39,929 nt of DNA from a virus. The position numbers and the translations under genes are program-made. Shown here one piece after another: positions 1 through 9,260 of the stretch. The stretch lies in the IMG/VR virus record IMGVR_UViG_3300006113_000004; one strand, given 5' to 3'. How positions within the stretch are numbered: the first letter of the stretch is position 1; each line of letters begins with the position of its first letter. Below the pieces are notes generated by a model that was not told the DNA's origin, did not search any database, and was given only the letters and a program-made list of their open reading frames with translations.

Positions 1-120
1 ACAAACCATTCCATATCTGCCGAATCGAGGTACAGAAGTTTCCCCTTGCGCTCCTGCATTGTCTTAGGACGGCCTACAGCTCTCATTCAAACGGCCTTTC
101 AGGGTCTTTCTCGTCGTTGC
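1..120. repeat. Terminal overlap, left copy, identical to 39810-39929. Signature of a circular or circularly permuted assembly
   Basis: A base-by-base comparison of the first 120 nt with the last 120 nt shows an exact match. The repeat lies inside coding sequence (Rad52-like 3' end plus the N-terminal part of the RHH gene), so it is an assembly overlap and not a non-coding physical end. Confidence 0.97.
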
Positions 121-664
121 CGATGGTTTCGGGCTTGGGAATGTGGCTCTCAACGTCCGGCGCTCCGGTGCCCTGGGGTCCACCACCCACGATGGTCTTA
201 ATCAACGGCCCCATTGAGCCCTTGTTGTAGAGGCTGAGGCCGAACTGGTCACCCAAACCGAACGCCGCACAACGCTTTAGAGCGGTGGAGATGGCGGTCG
301 TCATGGCAAGGTGGTGGGCGTCGGCGCGAGAAGGTTGGTTCACCGCGTCTCCTGCCGCCCCGTTCTCCCAACTGGCGACGTATTCGCCTGAGAGGTCACG
401 AATGGTCAGGCGCACCATCGCGGAGTAGCCCACGGTCCAAGCAACGTAATTCTTGTGCGTCTTAGCGTTCTCTTTCAATTCCTGTTCTTCAAAGAGAAGG
501 TTGCAGGACAGAGTTCTCGTCTCCCAATTCCCGAATCCGAGAACTCTCGTCAGGTGCGCCGCCACGTCATACGCTGGGACGTGCGACTGGCCCTGAGCCT
601 GTAGGACTCGTTCTGGGCGGATAGGGCGGAGAAGAACCTCGATCTGCTGGTCACTTAGCCCCAT
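83..664 (-). CDS. Rad52/Sak-like single-strand annealing protein
   Basis: 193-aa ORF. The core 'HHLAMTTAISTALKRCAAFGLGDQFGLSLY' matches the Rad52-family pattern (A..ALKR....FG.GLG..LY). It lies downstream of an exonuclease gene. Its TGA stop (83-85) overlaps the ATG (84-86) of the next gene. Confidence 0.85.
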   Translation of the reverse strand: MGLSDQQIEVLLRPIRPERVLQAQGQSHVPAYDVAAHLTRVLGFGNWETRTLSCNLLFEEQELKENAKTHKNYVAWTVGYSAMVRLTIRDLSGEYVASWENGAAGDAVNQPSRADAHHLAMTTAISTALKRCAAFGLGDQFGLSLYNKGSMGPLIKTIVGGGPQGTGAPDVESHIPKPETIGNDEKDPERPFE

Positions 665-881
665 CGTTGGCTCCGTTCAGAATAGTGAGGGCTTCAAAGA
701 CTTTGGTGTGGGCCGACTCCGCCGACTGTCCAATGAGTTCGTCAACCTCGCGGTCGCCCGTTGAACTCCCCAACTCAAAATTCTTGATTAACCCCTGTAG
801 GGCCAACTCAATCGTTCCGAGTTCTCGTGGCGTGAAAACGGGGTGGTGGTGTTTCTTTTCTCCGATGATCGGGATTGTCAT
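651..881 (-). CDS. Hypothetical protein (76 aa), start refined from track ORF 651-1013
   Basis: The internal ATG at 881 is preceded by GAGAGGAAGAAGA (SD-like). It forms an ATGA overlap with the stop of the unlisted 42-aa ORF. The N-terminal 44 codons of the long track ORF look non-protein-like. Confidence 0.6.
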   Translation of the reverse strand: MTIPIIGEKKHHHPVFTPRELGTIELALQGLIKNFELGSSTGDREVDELIGQSAESAHTKVFEALTILNGANDGAK

Positions 882-1006
882 TCTTCTTCCTCTCTCACAA
901 AGACGTATTTCGTCATGGTGTTCTTGTTGGACTTGCAGTTGTGCAGAACTTCCGTTGCCCGTGCGATGACTTCGTGTTGGCATTTGGGGCAGCGGAACTT
1001 TCTCAT
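878..1006 (-). CDS. Small zinc-ribbon-like protein (42 aa), not in the ORF track: MRKFRCPKCQHEVIARATEVLHNCKSNKNTMTKYVFVREEEE
   Basis: Hand translation of the minus strand. Its ATG (1004-1006) overlaps the TGA of the upstream gene (1003-1005). Its own TGA (878-880) overlaps the ATG of the next gene (879-881). It carries CxxC ... HxC. Confidence 0.55.
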   Translation of the reverse strand: MRKFRCPKCQHEVIARATEVLHNCKSNKNTMTKYVFVREEEE

Positions 1007-1245
1007 GCGCCAATTATTTCTCGGATGGTTTCGGCAACCTCGCCGTCAAGCATGAAAAATTTGTCAATGAGAAAATCGCAATACCCATCTTCTTGTTCTT
1101 TGTTGAACGACGCTTCTTTCAGAATTGCTTTGAGTGCGTCCCTCAAACGTCGCATTTCATTGGTTTGCGCCAGCATTACGTTCACAGCGGCGACCCACTT
1201 GTCGTACCAAAACTCGCCGTCCGTTTTGTCAACTTCCGCCATCAC
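1003..1245 (-). CDS. Hypothetical protein (80 aa)
   Basis: The ORF fills the gap between the exonuclease and the downstream micro-ORFs and overlaps the exonuclease stop by 4 nt. No recognisable motif. Confidence 0.7.
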   Translation of the reverse strand: MMAEVDKTDGEFWYDKWVAAVNVMLAQTNEMRRLRDALKAILKEASFNKEQEDGYCDFLIDKFFMLDGEVAETIREIIGA

Positions 1246-2174
1246 GCGCCCTTCAACTTCGGAACCACGCTGTCAAGAATCGGCACCGAGCCGCGTCCGT
1301 CGCGCTGGCAGGTGTCTCGGTGTGAACAGTATGCACATTGCCAGTCCTTGCCGAACGGGTCCAACTCCTTGATGTGGCCGTTGTCGTCTCCGGCGTAACG
1401 AGGGGGGAGAAAGCCATGCTCAATCTCGTCGGCGATCTGAGCCATGCGTTCGAGTTCGCGCTGGGCCAACGGCTCCCAATACTCACGGTCGAAATGCCAC
1501 TCGGCGGACATACGGGTGTAGTCGTCAAGGTGAATCCCCATCTGCTCGCACTTCTGCACGCTCAGGTTCTCAAAGGTTTCGCTGACGAGGATGATGGTGT
1601 TGATCGTAACTCCGAGGCGAGTCTCCAATCCAAGCGCGTTCACGCCCGCCTGGATGATCGCCCCCAACTTCGGGCCGTGGCCTTCGGGAAGAATCTGACG
1701 CTTGGTGGAGTTGATGCCTACCTGCTGGTCAAAGTTCCACCGGCCCATTGACTTGATTTCCACCACGGCGTTGCCCTTGGTCCATGACGGGTCCACCGCC
1801 ACAAGGTCGCCTTCGGGAATGTAAATGTCCACCGAGCCAGAAACAAACGGCTTGGCTGACGAGGGTTCCTCCGCGATGGAATTTGGATATACCTCTTTGG
1901 CGAGGATGGCAAACTGCTCACCGATAAGCGTTCCGTTCTGCATGACCAGAGCGTTCGGGCCAGAGATGGAATTGGACGCTGGTGCTTCGTGGTAGTTGTA
2001 CGCCATTTGTCGCGCACAGCCCAGAACGGCAGAGTTACGCAGGATTGTTCCTAGCGCAATCGGCTTCGGGGATTCCGCTTCATAGGCGGCTTTCAGTTGG
2101 CGAAGGTTCGCCACCATTGGACGGTTAACTGGTTTCACGCTGCTCCCTTTGTAGACGTTGGGAGCAGCATACAC
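1242..2174 (-). CDS. Cas4/RecB-family PD-(D/E)xK exonuclease with Fe-S cluster cysteines
   Basis: 310 aa. 'GSVDIY' ... 'VVEIKS' gives the D...ExK layout. An N-terminal Cys ('LGCARQ') plus the C-terminal 'CAYCSHRDTC' (CxxCx5C) is the typical Cas4/AddB 4-Cys arrangement. Confidence 0.85.
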   Translation of the reverse strand: MYAAPNVYKGSSVKPVNRPMVANLRQLKAAYEAESPKPIALGTILRNSAVLGCARQMAYNYHEAPASNSISGPNALVMQNGTLIGEQFAILAKEVYPNSIAEEPSSAKPFVSGSVDIYIPEGDLVAVDPSWTKGNAVVEIKSMGRWNFDQQVGINSTKRQILPEGHGPKLGAIIQAGVNALGLETRLGVTINTIILVSETFENLSVQKCEQMGIHLDDYTRMSAEWHFDREYWEPLAQRELERMAQIADEIEHGFLPPRYAGDDNGHIKELDPFGKDWQCAYCSHRDTCQRDGRGSVPILDSVVPKLKGA

Positions 2175-2178
2175 CTAA

Positions 2179-2562
2179 TTAGGCTTTGGTGTCGCCCTTT
2201 TCCAAAACAACTCCCATTTGTCGCGCCATGCGCTTGATGAGGTCACCTACGTTGTCGGTGTTCTCGCCGTTGGGGGTTTGGGCGTGGATGAAATCGTCCA
2301 GTTTTGTCTCGATGGAACAGACCTGCGTTTTGATGGAAGTAACTTGGGTTTCAAGGCTCGCCACGCGCTCTATCGCCGTGAGGGTCGCGGGGCGCACGCC
2401 TTCTATCCCTTTGTCCCCGTGGAGAAAAAGACGTTCTTTTCGCCATCGTTCGTATCCGCCGAAAAACTTGCGAACGGAAGGGATAACCCACGCGGTAGAA
2501 ACCGCGACAAGCCCTGCCGCCATCGTGCCAATCTCAATCCAGTTCGGGCGTAAATGAGACAC
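2179..2562 (-). CDS. Holin-like / lysis-associated membrane protein
   Basis: 127 aa. It has an N-terminal TM segment 'IEIGTMAAGLVAVSTAWVIPSV' followed by a coiled-coil-like tail. It lies immediately downstream of the endolysin with a 1-nt gap. Confidence 0.65.
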   Translation of the reverse strand: MSHLRPNWIEIGTMAAGLVAVSTAWVIPSVRKFFGGYERWRKERLFLHGDKGIEGVRPATLTAIERVASLETQVTSIKTQVCSIETKLDDFIHAQTPNGENTDNVGDLIKRMARQMGVVLEKGDTKA

Positions 2563-2563
2563 A

Positions 2564-3229
2564 TCACTTTCCCAACTTCTTGATGGGCTTCACGATGTTG
2601 ACAATCTGGTTAGGGGGTTTGGCTCCAAACAACTGAATGAACTCAGCGCGAGTGCCGAGCCAACGGGAAAGGTCCACGTTGCCGAAGATGCCGGGCACCT
2701 GCCCCTTGTCGGTGAACTGGTGCATCACGCACGAGTGGACGGGGCCGGGGTAGGCAGCGACCCAACGCTGGGCGTAGATCGGGACTTCCTTGCCGGTGCG
2801 AGGGTCACGCGAGGGGTCGGTGGCGGATTGACCGCCGTAGATGGCCTTGTTCTCGGAGTCTCCGTCGAGCTCCGCCAAGAACGCATTGGCCCACCGGACG
2901 TTGCCAGCCGTCTCCACGTCAACCACACGAGCGTAGTGAGGACCGGCCTTCTGGACAAAGAACTTGGCTTCCTTGGAAGGGTCAAAGCCTGCCGAGTGGT
3001 CCGCGATGGAAGCCCAGTGGTACGCGATGGCAGGGATGCCTGCGGAGATAGCCCCAGCGAGGTCGCGGTGATACCACGGGTTGACGTACTCGACGCCGTG
3101 CTTGTCCATTTGCGTTGCCTTAATGACGGCCCCAACAATCCCAGCCTGACGAACTCGGTGCCAGTTGATAGGCGCGTTGTTGCCGTGGTTGTTGCTGGAT
3201 ACGTCAATAATCAAACCGCGTACATTCAT
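2564..3229 (-). CDS. Endolysin, GH25-type muramidase
   Basis: 221 aa. 'IIDVSSNNHG..INWHRVRQAGIVGAVIKATQ' and 'AIAYHWAS' match the GH25 pattern (GIDVS..QG.IDW..V...G..F.IIKATEG ... GAYHFA). A strong SD (AAGGAGAGG) lies upstream. Confidence 0.85.
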   Translation of the reverse strand: MNVRGLIIDVSSNNHGNNAPINWHRVRQAGIVGAVIKATQMDKHGVEYVNPWYHRDLAGAISAGIPAIAYHWASIADHSAGFDPSKEAKFFVQKAGPHYARVVDVETAGNVRWANAFLAELDGDSENKAIYGGQSATDPSRDPRTGKEVPIYAQRWVAAYPGPVHSCVMHQFTDKGQVPGIFGNVDLSRWLGTRAEFIQLFGAKPPNQIVNIVKPIKKLGK

Positions 3230-3273
3230 GTGCCTCTCCTTGGCTCACCCTTGATATTAGGGCATTTCAGGGA

Positions 3274-4155
3274 TTAGTTAAAACCAATCACGATAAGTTC
3301 TTCATTGGTTGCCGTGCCCGTAGCGGTGTTGGAGATGACCAACTGTGCGCTGAAGGTGGCGGAGTTGCCTGGTGTAACCACGTCAAAGCCCGCCAAACTC
3401 ACGGCGTTGGTGTTCCCCCCAGCCCACGAACACGCGCTCGCGGCGACGGTGGAACCATTCACGGTGGCGGAGATGTTGAGGTTTCCGTTGCCCGTGGGGT
3501 TGAACTGAGTTTTGGCGATGACCAAGTAGTTGTTGTAGCCCGTGATGCCCGTAATGGCAGAAGTGCTGGTGGCCTTCCACGTCTTTGACGCATTTACGGC
3601 AGCAGGAAGATTTCCGATGCCAGCAAGCCACGTCGCCAACGTCGCAGAGGGAATGTAGTGGTTGTGGTCCGCCGCCGCGAGCGCCGGCGAGGAACCGGAC
3701 GAAGCCGTACCGGAACCGACAAGAATCGGCTGAGGGGTGGTGGTGCCTCCGGTGTTGAGAATGATCGCCTTCAACAACTGAACCGCCGCGCTCAATTCTG
3801 CGAGTTGCGTACCCGTGAAGATCGGGACGATGGAAACGCCAGCCGAGTGCGACGGTGGAGTGGGGGCGGTGCCAGAGGGGTAGTCAACCATTCGGGAAAC
3901 AATGGTGAAAGTCTGGCTGGTGGTGTTCACTGTGACCAGCATTTTTTCTTCCGTGTGCGTTCCTGTGCCGGGGTTGTAGTCAACCGCGACGTAGATCGGG
4001 TTGGCGAAGTTCGCCCCCGTCATGTCTAGCCAATTCGTGAGCGCGGTCGAGGACGTGAACGTGGCCCCCGTCGAGTCTCCTGAGTTGATGGTGCCTGCGA
4101 GAGTGCCTGGTACGCCAATACCAGCGACGGAGTATTTGGGGAAAGTGAGTGCCAT
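3274..4155 (-). CDS. Tail fibre / receptor-binding protein (short)
   Basis: 293 aa, rich in Thr/Ser/Gly/Ala. The N-terminal module ('..HTEEKMLVTVNTTSQTFTIVSR..HSAGVSIVPIFT') parallels the N-terminus of the 903-aa spike. It is the last gene of the tail block, before lysis. Confidence 0.7.
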   Translation of the reverse strand: MALTFPKYSVAGIGVPGTLAGTINSGDSTGATFTSSTALTNWLDMTGANFANPIYVAVDYNPGTGTHTEEKMLVTVNTTSQTFTIVSRMVDYPSGTAPTPPSHSAGVSIVPIFTGTQLAELSAAVQLLKAIILNTGGTTTPQPILVGSGTASSGSSPALAAADHNHYIPSATLATWLAGIGNLPAAVNASKTWKATSTSAITGITGYNNYLVIAKTQFNPTGNGNLNISATVNGSTVAASACSWAGGNTNAVSLAGFDVVTPGNSATFSAQLVISNTATGTATNEELIVIGFN

Positions 4156-4163
4156 GATGTTTC

Positions 4164-6248
4164 CTATTCAGTGTCAATGGGGGTAAAAAGCAATCGGCCA
4201 ATGGTGCGAAGTGTGACAACAATATCGCCTTCTAGACCGTAACCGGCGATTCCTGATTCTTTGTGAGGTATGGGTTCTACGGTGTAGACAATCACATTCG
4301 CGGAGATTTGTCCTTCTTGGAATGTGACGATTGTTTGGTTAAAACGTAAGTCGTCAAACCACGCGATGACTTCGTATGGGTTGGAATAGAAATTCTGCCC
4401 GTTCTGGGTATTGTTTCTAAAATTGCGAATGATGAGGCTGATTTCATACGACGCGGAAGTGGAGATGGCGGGCCACGCCTCGACCGTCCAACGGTAGAGA
4501 GTGGGGGTGTAGGAACGTTGCCCCGTACCGTTGAGCCCTGCCGTCAACGTCATCACCGTGCGGAATTGCTCTGACCTGATGTTTTCTGGTACGGACACTT
4601 GGGCGTCCGACGACGAGCTCACCGAAGGAATGGTGTAGGTCTGTGACAACGCAGGGTTAAGGGGGTTGGTGATGAGTTGCGCCCCACAAGTTCCCGACTC
4701 AATTTCCACGCCGTAGTCAAAAAACACCGGAATCTTCGGGTCCTTGATGCCGTACATGAAAATGGAAGAACTAAGGGTGCCTTGGGTGACGTAGTTGTTC
4801 ACAATTCCCGATGAGGTCACGTCAGGCGTGTAGACGCCCTTCCCCGCGACGGAGAACATGGGAACGCGAAGGTTGGGGTCCCAATCAAGCCAGTTGACAA
4901 TCCCCTGCCCCGTCACCATGAGGTCCGAACAATACGCAGGGGCCAGAAGGTCGCCAGCGATGAAGGTGGTGAGGTCGAGTTTCCCTAAGCCCGTCGAGGT
5001 TGAGTCGTAGTTGGACCACGCGAACCAGACAAATCTTCCGTCTCCCACAATGGCCGTGACGGGATTCGAGACGGGCTGAAGAAGGTTCGGGATGAACGGC
5101 CCTGCCTTCAAGTCGCCCGTCGCGTTGGCTGAGGGGTCGTAGATGGAAAGGGTCTGGCACATACGGATGCCCTGATTCGTCCCTACGAAGATGTAGTTGA
5201 GGTACGACGCGAGGCACACGGGGTATTCGTCCGGCGACATGGGGAGTGCCTGCACGGGGGTGTTGAGGGTCCACGGGATTGAGTTCGTGGCGGCAGAAGT
5301 ATTGAGGGAACTGCGATACACGCACCCAGCGAAGTTTGTCCCACCCTGCGAGACGTAGCCAGAGATGTAAGTCTGAGTTTCCCCACCCACCGCCGAGGAC
5401 CACACCCAATTCGGGTTCGGGTGCTGGTAGAGAATGTCTGCCGTGGTGGGGGCGGTGCCCACGGTGAAGTTGAAACGAAACCCGTAGGCGTAGTTGTTGT
5501 TGGCCGCGATCACCTGATCGTTGCACCAGCGAACTAATGTGTATCCCCCCGTATTCCCTGAGTCGGGCAGGGCGTACTGCGCCGCGAGTGTGGGGTAGAT
5601 GCTCTGCGCGTGGAAGTAGATAATCCCCACGTCCGTTGCGACGTAGACGTAGGAATCGTTGGAGCAAATGTCGTAGAACACCGAAGGCGGGGTTGATAGC
5701 GCCCCGTAACTCAGGGTGACCGGCGACACGCCCCACGAAGAAATGTATTTGACCGTGGCCCCGTCAATCAGGTACACCGAGGTTCCGCACCGCACCGCCT
5801 TGATGTTGGTGTGAGATGACGCAAATTGCTGAATCGTGTCCGGCAGGAGCGTGGCTTGGTAGGGCATCGTGAAAGGGTCAATGCCCTTGGACTCGTAGAA
5901 ACGTGCGCTCTGGCTGTCGCGTTCTATGTCAAGGTATTGCTCGCCCGCGCCCATTGACCAGTTGATCTGACCGCGCTGCCACAAACCCTCAATGTTGACC
6001 GCGCCTTCGCCTGGAATGTTGTCGTAGGTGACGGCTTCGCGCTGAGGGGGTAGTGAGGTCCACTTGTACGCCACGCGACGGTAAGGCTCGAAGGAAAGGT
6101 CAATCGTGAACGTCCTGCCGTTGATGGCGATGGGGAACACACCGAGGGGGACGAGATTGGACTGTGTGGGGTCACCGGGAGTGGGGTCTTGCCAGAGGGC
6201 GTCGCCAAGTACGCCCCCGTACCCAAGGGTCCCAGCTCCGAGCCCCAT
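4164..6248 (-). CDS. Large tail structural protein (nozzle / tubular-B-like by position)
   Basis: 694-aa ORF in the tail module, directly after a 321-aa tail gene with a 1-nt overlap. The function is inferred from position and size only. Confidence 0.6.
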   Translation of the reverse strand: MGLGAGTLGYGGVLGDALWQDPTPGDPTQSNLVPLGVFPIAINGRTFTIDLSFEPYRRVAYKWTSLPPQREAVTYDNIPGEGAVNIEGLWQRGQINWSMGAGEQYLDIERDSQSARFYESKGIDPFTMPYQATLLPDTIQQFASSHTNIKAVRCGTSVYLIDGATVKYISSWGVSPVTLSYGALSTPPSVFYDICSNDSYVYVATDVGIIYFHAQSIYPTLAAQYALPDSGNTGGYTLVRWCNDQVIAANNNYAYGFRFNFTVGTAPTTADILYQHPNPNWVWSSAVGGETQTYISGYVSQGGTNFAGCVYRSSLNTSAATNSIPWTLNTPVQALPMSPDEYPVCLASYLNYIFVGTNQGIRMCQTLSIYDPSANATGDLKAGPFIPNLLQPVSNPVTAIVGDGRFVWFAWSNYDSTSTGLGKLDLTTFIAGDLLAPAYCSDLMVTGQGIVNWLDWDPNLRVPMFSVAGKGVYTPDVTSSGIVNNYVTQGTLSSSIFMYGIKDPKIPVFFDYGVEIESGTCGAQLITNPLNPALSQTYTIPSVSSSSDAQVSVPENIRSEQFRTVMTLTAGLNGTGQRSYTPTLYRWTVEAWPAISTSASYEISLIIRNFRNNTQNGQNFYSNPYEVIAWFDDLRFNQTIVTFQEGQISANVIVYTVEPIPHKESGIAGYGLEGDIVVTLRTIGRLLFTPIDTE

Positions 6249-7213
6249 TAGTGCCTCCGGTGCGCGTAGCGCCGGCGCAGGCGAGAAGCCTCAGCCTTGA
6301 TTCGTTCGTTGCGCTGGTTCACCAGGGAATTGACGGAGCCTGCCACGGAACCGAACGGGACTTCCACGGCCTTACGCGGTTCGGGCTGTGAGCCCATGTC
6401 GTTGCGCTGGACTTCTCTCGGCTGGACAAGACGAATGATTGCGCCCAAAACCGGAATGTCGGTAGCGGAGTTCGGGAGGTTCTTCACTTGGGTGGTTGTT
6501 CCCCAGCCGTTGTAAGGGGGGTTGGGGTCGTTCGCCGTGGGGGTGAGTTCCACCGAATCCGTCAAGTTCACAAGGGGGATAAACGGGGCGGAATACTGAA
6601 TCATCATGGGCTTGCCCGGCCAACCCGTTTCGTACATAACAACGCCCTGCCCAGAGGGGAAGAACGAGTCGTTCAAGTCCCTGTTCACTTCCCACTCTGT
6701 AATTGAGGGGAGTTTGTGAATGGGGCTCGCCTGCTGCAAACGGATTGACAGAATGTCAATAAAGTCCGAACTAATGTCCCCAAGGTCAAAACCCATGAAA
6801 ACGGGGACGTAGGTGACGTTGGCGTTGCCGACTCGGAACACGCCATTGGTGGGGGCGGACAAGTCTCGCAGATCGTCGTTGATGGCCTGGAGAATGTCGA
6901 AGTAGGTGTATTCGGGGTTCAGATACACAATGTCTTGGTCGTTGTGCGACGTAGCTTGAGACCCGTTGTAGCCCCTGACCACTTCCGCCTCGCCCGTTGT
7001 CGGGGACCACGAGATGACCAGCATGATTTCAAGGCCAGACGAAAGCCGCGCCCCTGCCGTGATGCCTTGGGTCTGCGCCCCCATGAGGCCCACGTTGGTA
7101 ATCGCCCCTTGGGTTGAGGATGCCACGGCCCCGTTGAACTGCACAAAGGCTTCCGACACGCCACCCGTCAGACGAAGGTAGGTGCGTTCAATGAGGTCGA
7201 GGGCTGTGGTCAT
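6248..7213 (-). CDS. Tail structural protein (adaptor / tubular-A-like by position)
   Basis: 321-aa ORF with overlap coupling to both flanking genes. The function is inferred from position only. Confidence 0.55.
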   Translation of the reverse strand: MTTALDLIERTYLRLTGGVSEAFVQFNGAVASSTQGAITNVGLMGAQTQGITAGARLSSGLEIMLVISWSPTTGEAEVVRGYNGSQATSHNDQDIVYLNPEYTYFDILQAINDDLRDLSAPTNGVFRVGNANVTYVPVFMGFDLGDISSDFIDILSIRLQQASPIHKLPSITEWEVNRDLNDSFFPSGQGVVMYETGWPGKPMMIQYSAPFIPLVNLTDSVELTPTANDPNPPYNGWGTTTQVKNLPNSATDIPVLGAIIRLVQPREVQRNDMGSQPEPRKAVEVPFGSVAGSVNSLVNQRNERIKAEASRLRRRYAHRRH

Positions 7214-7551
7214 GCGAGTACGCCGTCCGCTTTCAACTGCTTGTAGTTGGTTTCGATTTCACGCGCCATCTTCGGGGTTCCGTAGACTTTGCCGCGCTCG
7301 ATTTCGGTTTTGGTGGTGGCAAGGCGTTCCAGAGCCGCCGCGTTCTTTGTCGCGGGGGGCTGTAGGCCGTCCTTCCGCAGACGCTTGTACGCATCAAGGT
7401 CCGCCACCAGCCGTTTTTCGTCCTGCACCTGTGACGCGGTTTCCACCTTGCGCCCTGGTGTCGCTGCCGCGCTGAAAGAAATCGTGGCGCACTTGCACGC
7501 GAAGCAATTGTCAACCTTGCAATTCTGAACATCGTGGGGGGTAAAAGCCAT
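7210..7551 (-). CDS. Hypothetical virion-module protein with N-terminal Cys cluster
   Basis: 113 aa. It carries 'CKVDNCFACKC' followed by a charged helical region. It is coupled to its neighbours. Confidence 0.65.
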   Translation of the reverse strand: MAFTPHDVQNCKVDNCFACKCATISFSAAATPGRKVETASQVQDEKRLVADLDAYKRLRKDGLQPPATKNAAALERLATTKTEIERGKVYGTPKMAREIETNYKQLKADGVLA

Positions 7552-8048
7552 CAGTCGCCTCCTGGAGTTATCTCACTGAGACAGTCTAGATAACCGGCCG
7601 CCGCTAAGCGAACTGCTGTAACGCCGTCTACGCGGTTTCTCCGCCCGCCGTAGAACACTCGTGTGACAAACACTTCCAACGCCTCAAACGTGGGCTGAGG
7701 GGCGTTTAAGGGCTTGCTGATGGGGTTGTAGATGGTGGCATAGGGTGCGCCGGGGTGCAAAGGGTCCAGAGGCATCGGAATCGCCGTGTTGGAGTTTTCG
7801 GGCGTGGGGTAGTCCTGCACGAATGTCCCGTCAGAAAGTTCGTAGACGTTCACGAAACGGTCGGTCGGGGCATAGTGACCGAAAAACAATTTGGTTTCGG
7901 GGCTGTCGTCAGGAAGAAATTGGGGAATTGTTCCCTTTGCCAACGGGGGTTCAAACCAGACGTATTGCCCAATCCAGTTGAGAGGGTTGAATAGTCCGGT
8001 GAAAAGCGCCGCGTCGTTATCAAAGAATCCAAGGTCAAGAAGGCTCAT
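7551..8048 (-). CDS. Hypothetical virion-module protein
   Basis: 165-aa ORF coupled to its neighbours. No motif recognised. Confidence 0.65.
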   Translation of the reverse strand: MSLLDLGFFDNDAALFTGLFNPLNWIGQYVWFEPPLAKGTIPQFLPDDSPETKLFFGHYAPTDRFVNVYELSDGTFVQDYPTPENSNTAIPMPLDPLHPGAPYATIYNPISKPLNAPQPTFEALEVFVTRVFYGGRRNRVDGVTAVRLAAAGYLDCLSEITPGGD

Positions 8049-8494
8049 GTTGCCTTCTTTGCCGTCTTTGACTTCGTGGCGATGCCGTCAATCTTTGCGT
8101 GAATTTCCGCGTGGTTTTCCTCAATCTTCTGGCGAAGAAGGTTGACGTGGTTTTCGTGGTGGCGCATGAGGATTTCAGTCTGCTCGTTGGTGTGGCGGCT
8201 GTGTTCGGTGGTGATTTTGGTCACCGACCCCTTGACAAAAGCACGGAAGCGAGGCCACACAACGTACAGGAACGAAGCCACGATCATTGTCTGCACGAGG
8301 CTGGCGAGAATGTTCGGGGCGATACGAGCGTTATCCAACGGCCAAAAGTCCGCAATCATCCGGTCACGCCAATGCGCGTCCAACAGACACCCGAAGAACA
8401 TGGCGAGAATGGCGAAGAACGACGCCGCGCCACCGATGATCTTGGCCTTCTGCTCGGAAGGGATTGCCTGCCAGACGGCGCGGAGCTGCTTCAT
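8045..8494 (-). CDS. Membrane protein (2 TM) inside the tail module
   Basis: 149 aa. The hydrophobic segments are 'IIGGAASFFAILAMFFGCLL' and 'ILASLVQTMIVASFLYVVW'. Confidence 0.7.
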   Translation of the reverse strand: MKQLRAVWQAIPSEQKAKIIGGAASFFAILAMFFGCLLDAHWRDRMIADFWPLDNARIAPNILASLVQTMIVASFLYVVWPRFRAFVKGSVTKITTEHSRHTNEQTEILMRHHENHVNLLRQKIEENHAEIHAKIDGIATKSKTAKKAT

Positions 8495-9252
8495 TAGCAG
8501 GCAAAAACGTAGCCGACACCGGCAACGGCTGTAGGTAGGTGGTACACGGTTGCGGACGATGGGGGCGTGGTGAGAGAAACGTCAGTTGCGTTTGTGCCCG
8601 CGAGAAACGGCCCTGCCGTTGAGTTGATGTTTCCCGACATGACGGTGGCCCAGCCGGAAATTTGCGGAAGGGTGTTGGACGATGCAACCAATACCCCGAT
8701 GTAATAGATGCCCGCGTAAGTTGTGACAAAAGACGTAATGCCAGAACCAGCCGCCGTGGAGTTGATGGCATACGAGTACGCGGTTTTGGAAGATGGTGTC
8801 ACCGCGCCCTGGTCGGCTGTAGCGGCAAGAAAATTCATTGAACTGTCGGCAAGAGCAAGCCATAGGTGCGTTGTTGCCCCAGCGGTGGCGTTGCCGGTAA
8901 TCCAACCAAGTTTTGACACGGTAACGCCCTTAGGCAAAGTAACTGCCGTCCACACCATTGTTCCGCTTGTAAGAGTGACGGCGGTGGTCGAGTTAACAAG
9001 TGCGCGTGGGAAAGGTTCAGCCAAACACCCACCCGTCATCTGCGCCGCGCTGCCGTTGTTGCCCAGAAAATAGCGGTTGCGGTCGGTGACGTTGGCTTGG
9101 TCAACATACGCCGTGGTTGCCGCATTGGTTGAGTTGTCGTTGGCGGATTGCGTCAAAACATTTGTGATGGCGTAGCCACCCATGTTAAGGGCGTTGCTCA
9201 TCGCGCCCGAAATGGCTTGGAACAACCCAGCGATAGAACGAGTAACGGCCAT
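8494..9252 (-). CDS. Tail fibre-like protein
   Basis: 252 aa. The N-terminal 'LNMGGYAITNVLTQSANDNSTNAATTAYVDQ' resembles the common tail-fibre motif (L..gg..ItNl..p....DAaTk.YVD). Confidence 0.7.
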   Translation of the reverse strand: MAVTRSIAGLFQAISGAMSNALNMGGYAITNVLTQSANDNSTNAATTAYVDQANVTDRNRYFLGNNGSAAQMTGGCLAEPFPRALVNSTTAVTLTSGTMVWTAVTLPKGVTVSKLGWITGNATAGATTHLWLALADSSMNFLAATADQGAVTPSSKTAYSYAINSTAAGSGITSFVTTYAGIYYIGVLVASSNTLPQISGWATVMSGNINSTAGPFLAGTNATDVSLTTPPSSATVYHLPTAVAGVGYVFAC

Positions 9253-9260
9253 GATTCTCC

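Noticed and set aside
1-120. The end repeat as a genuine T7-like direct terminal repeat
   Set aside because: It falls within two coding sequences, and its boundaries show no special sequence. An assembler overlap of a circular or permuted genome is the simpler explanation, although only read data can settle it.
4885-5736. 283-aa alternative-frame minus-strand ORF inside the 694-aa tail gene
   Set aside because: It is an Arg/Pro/His-rich out-of-frame product nested entirely within a better ORF, with no independent start signals.
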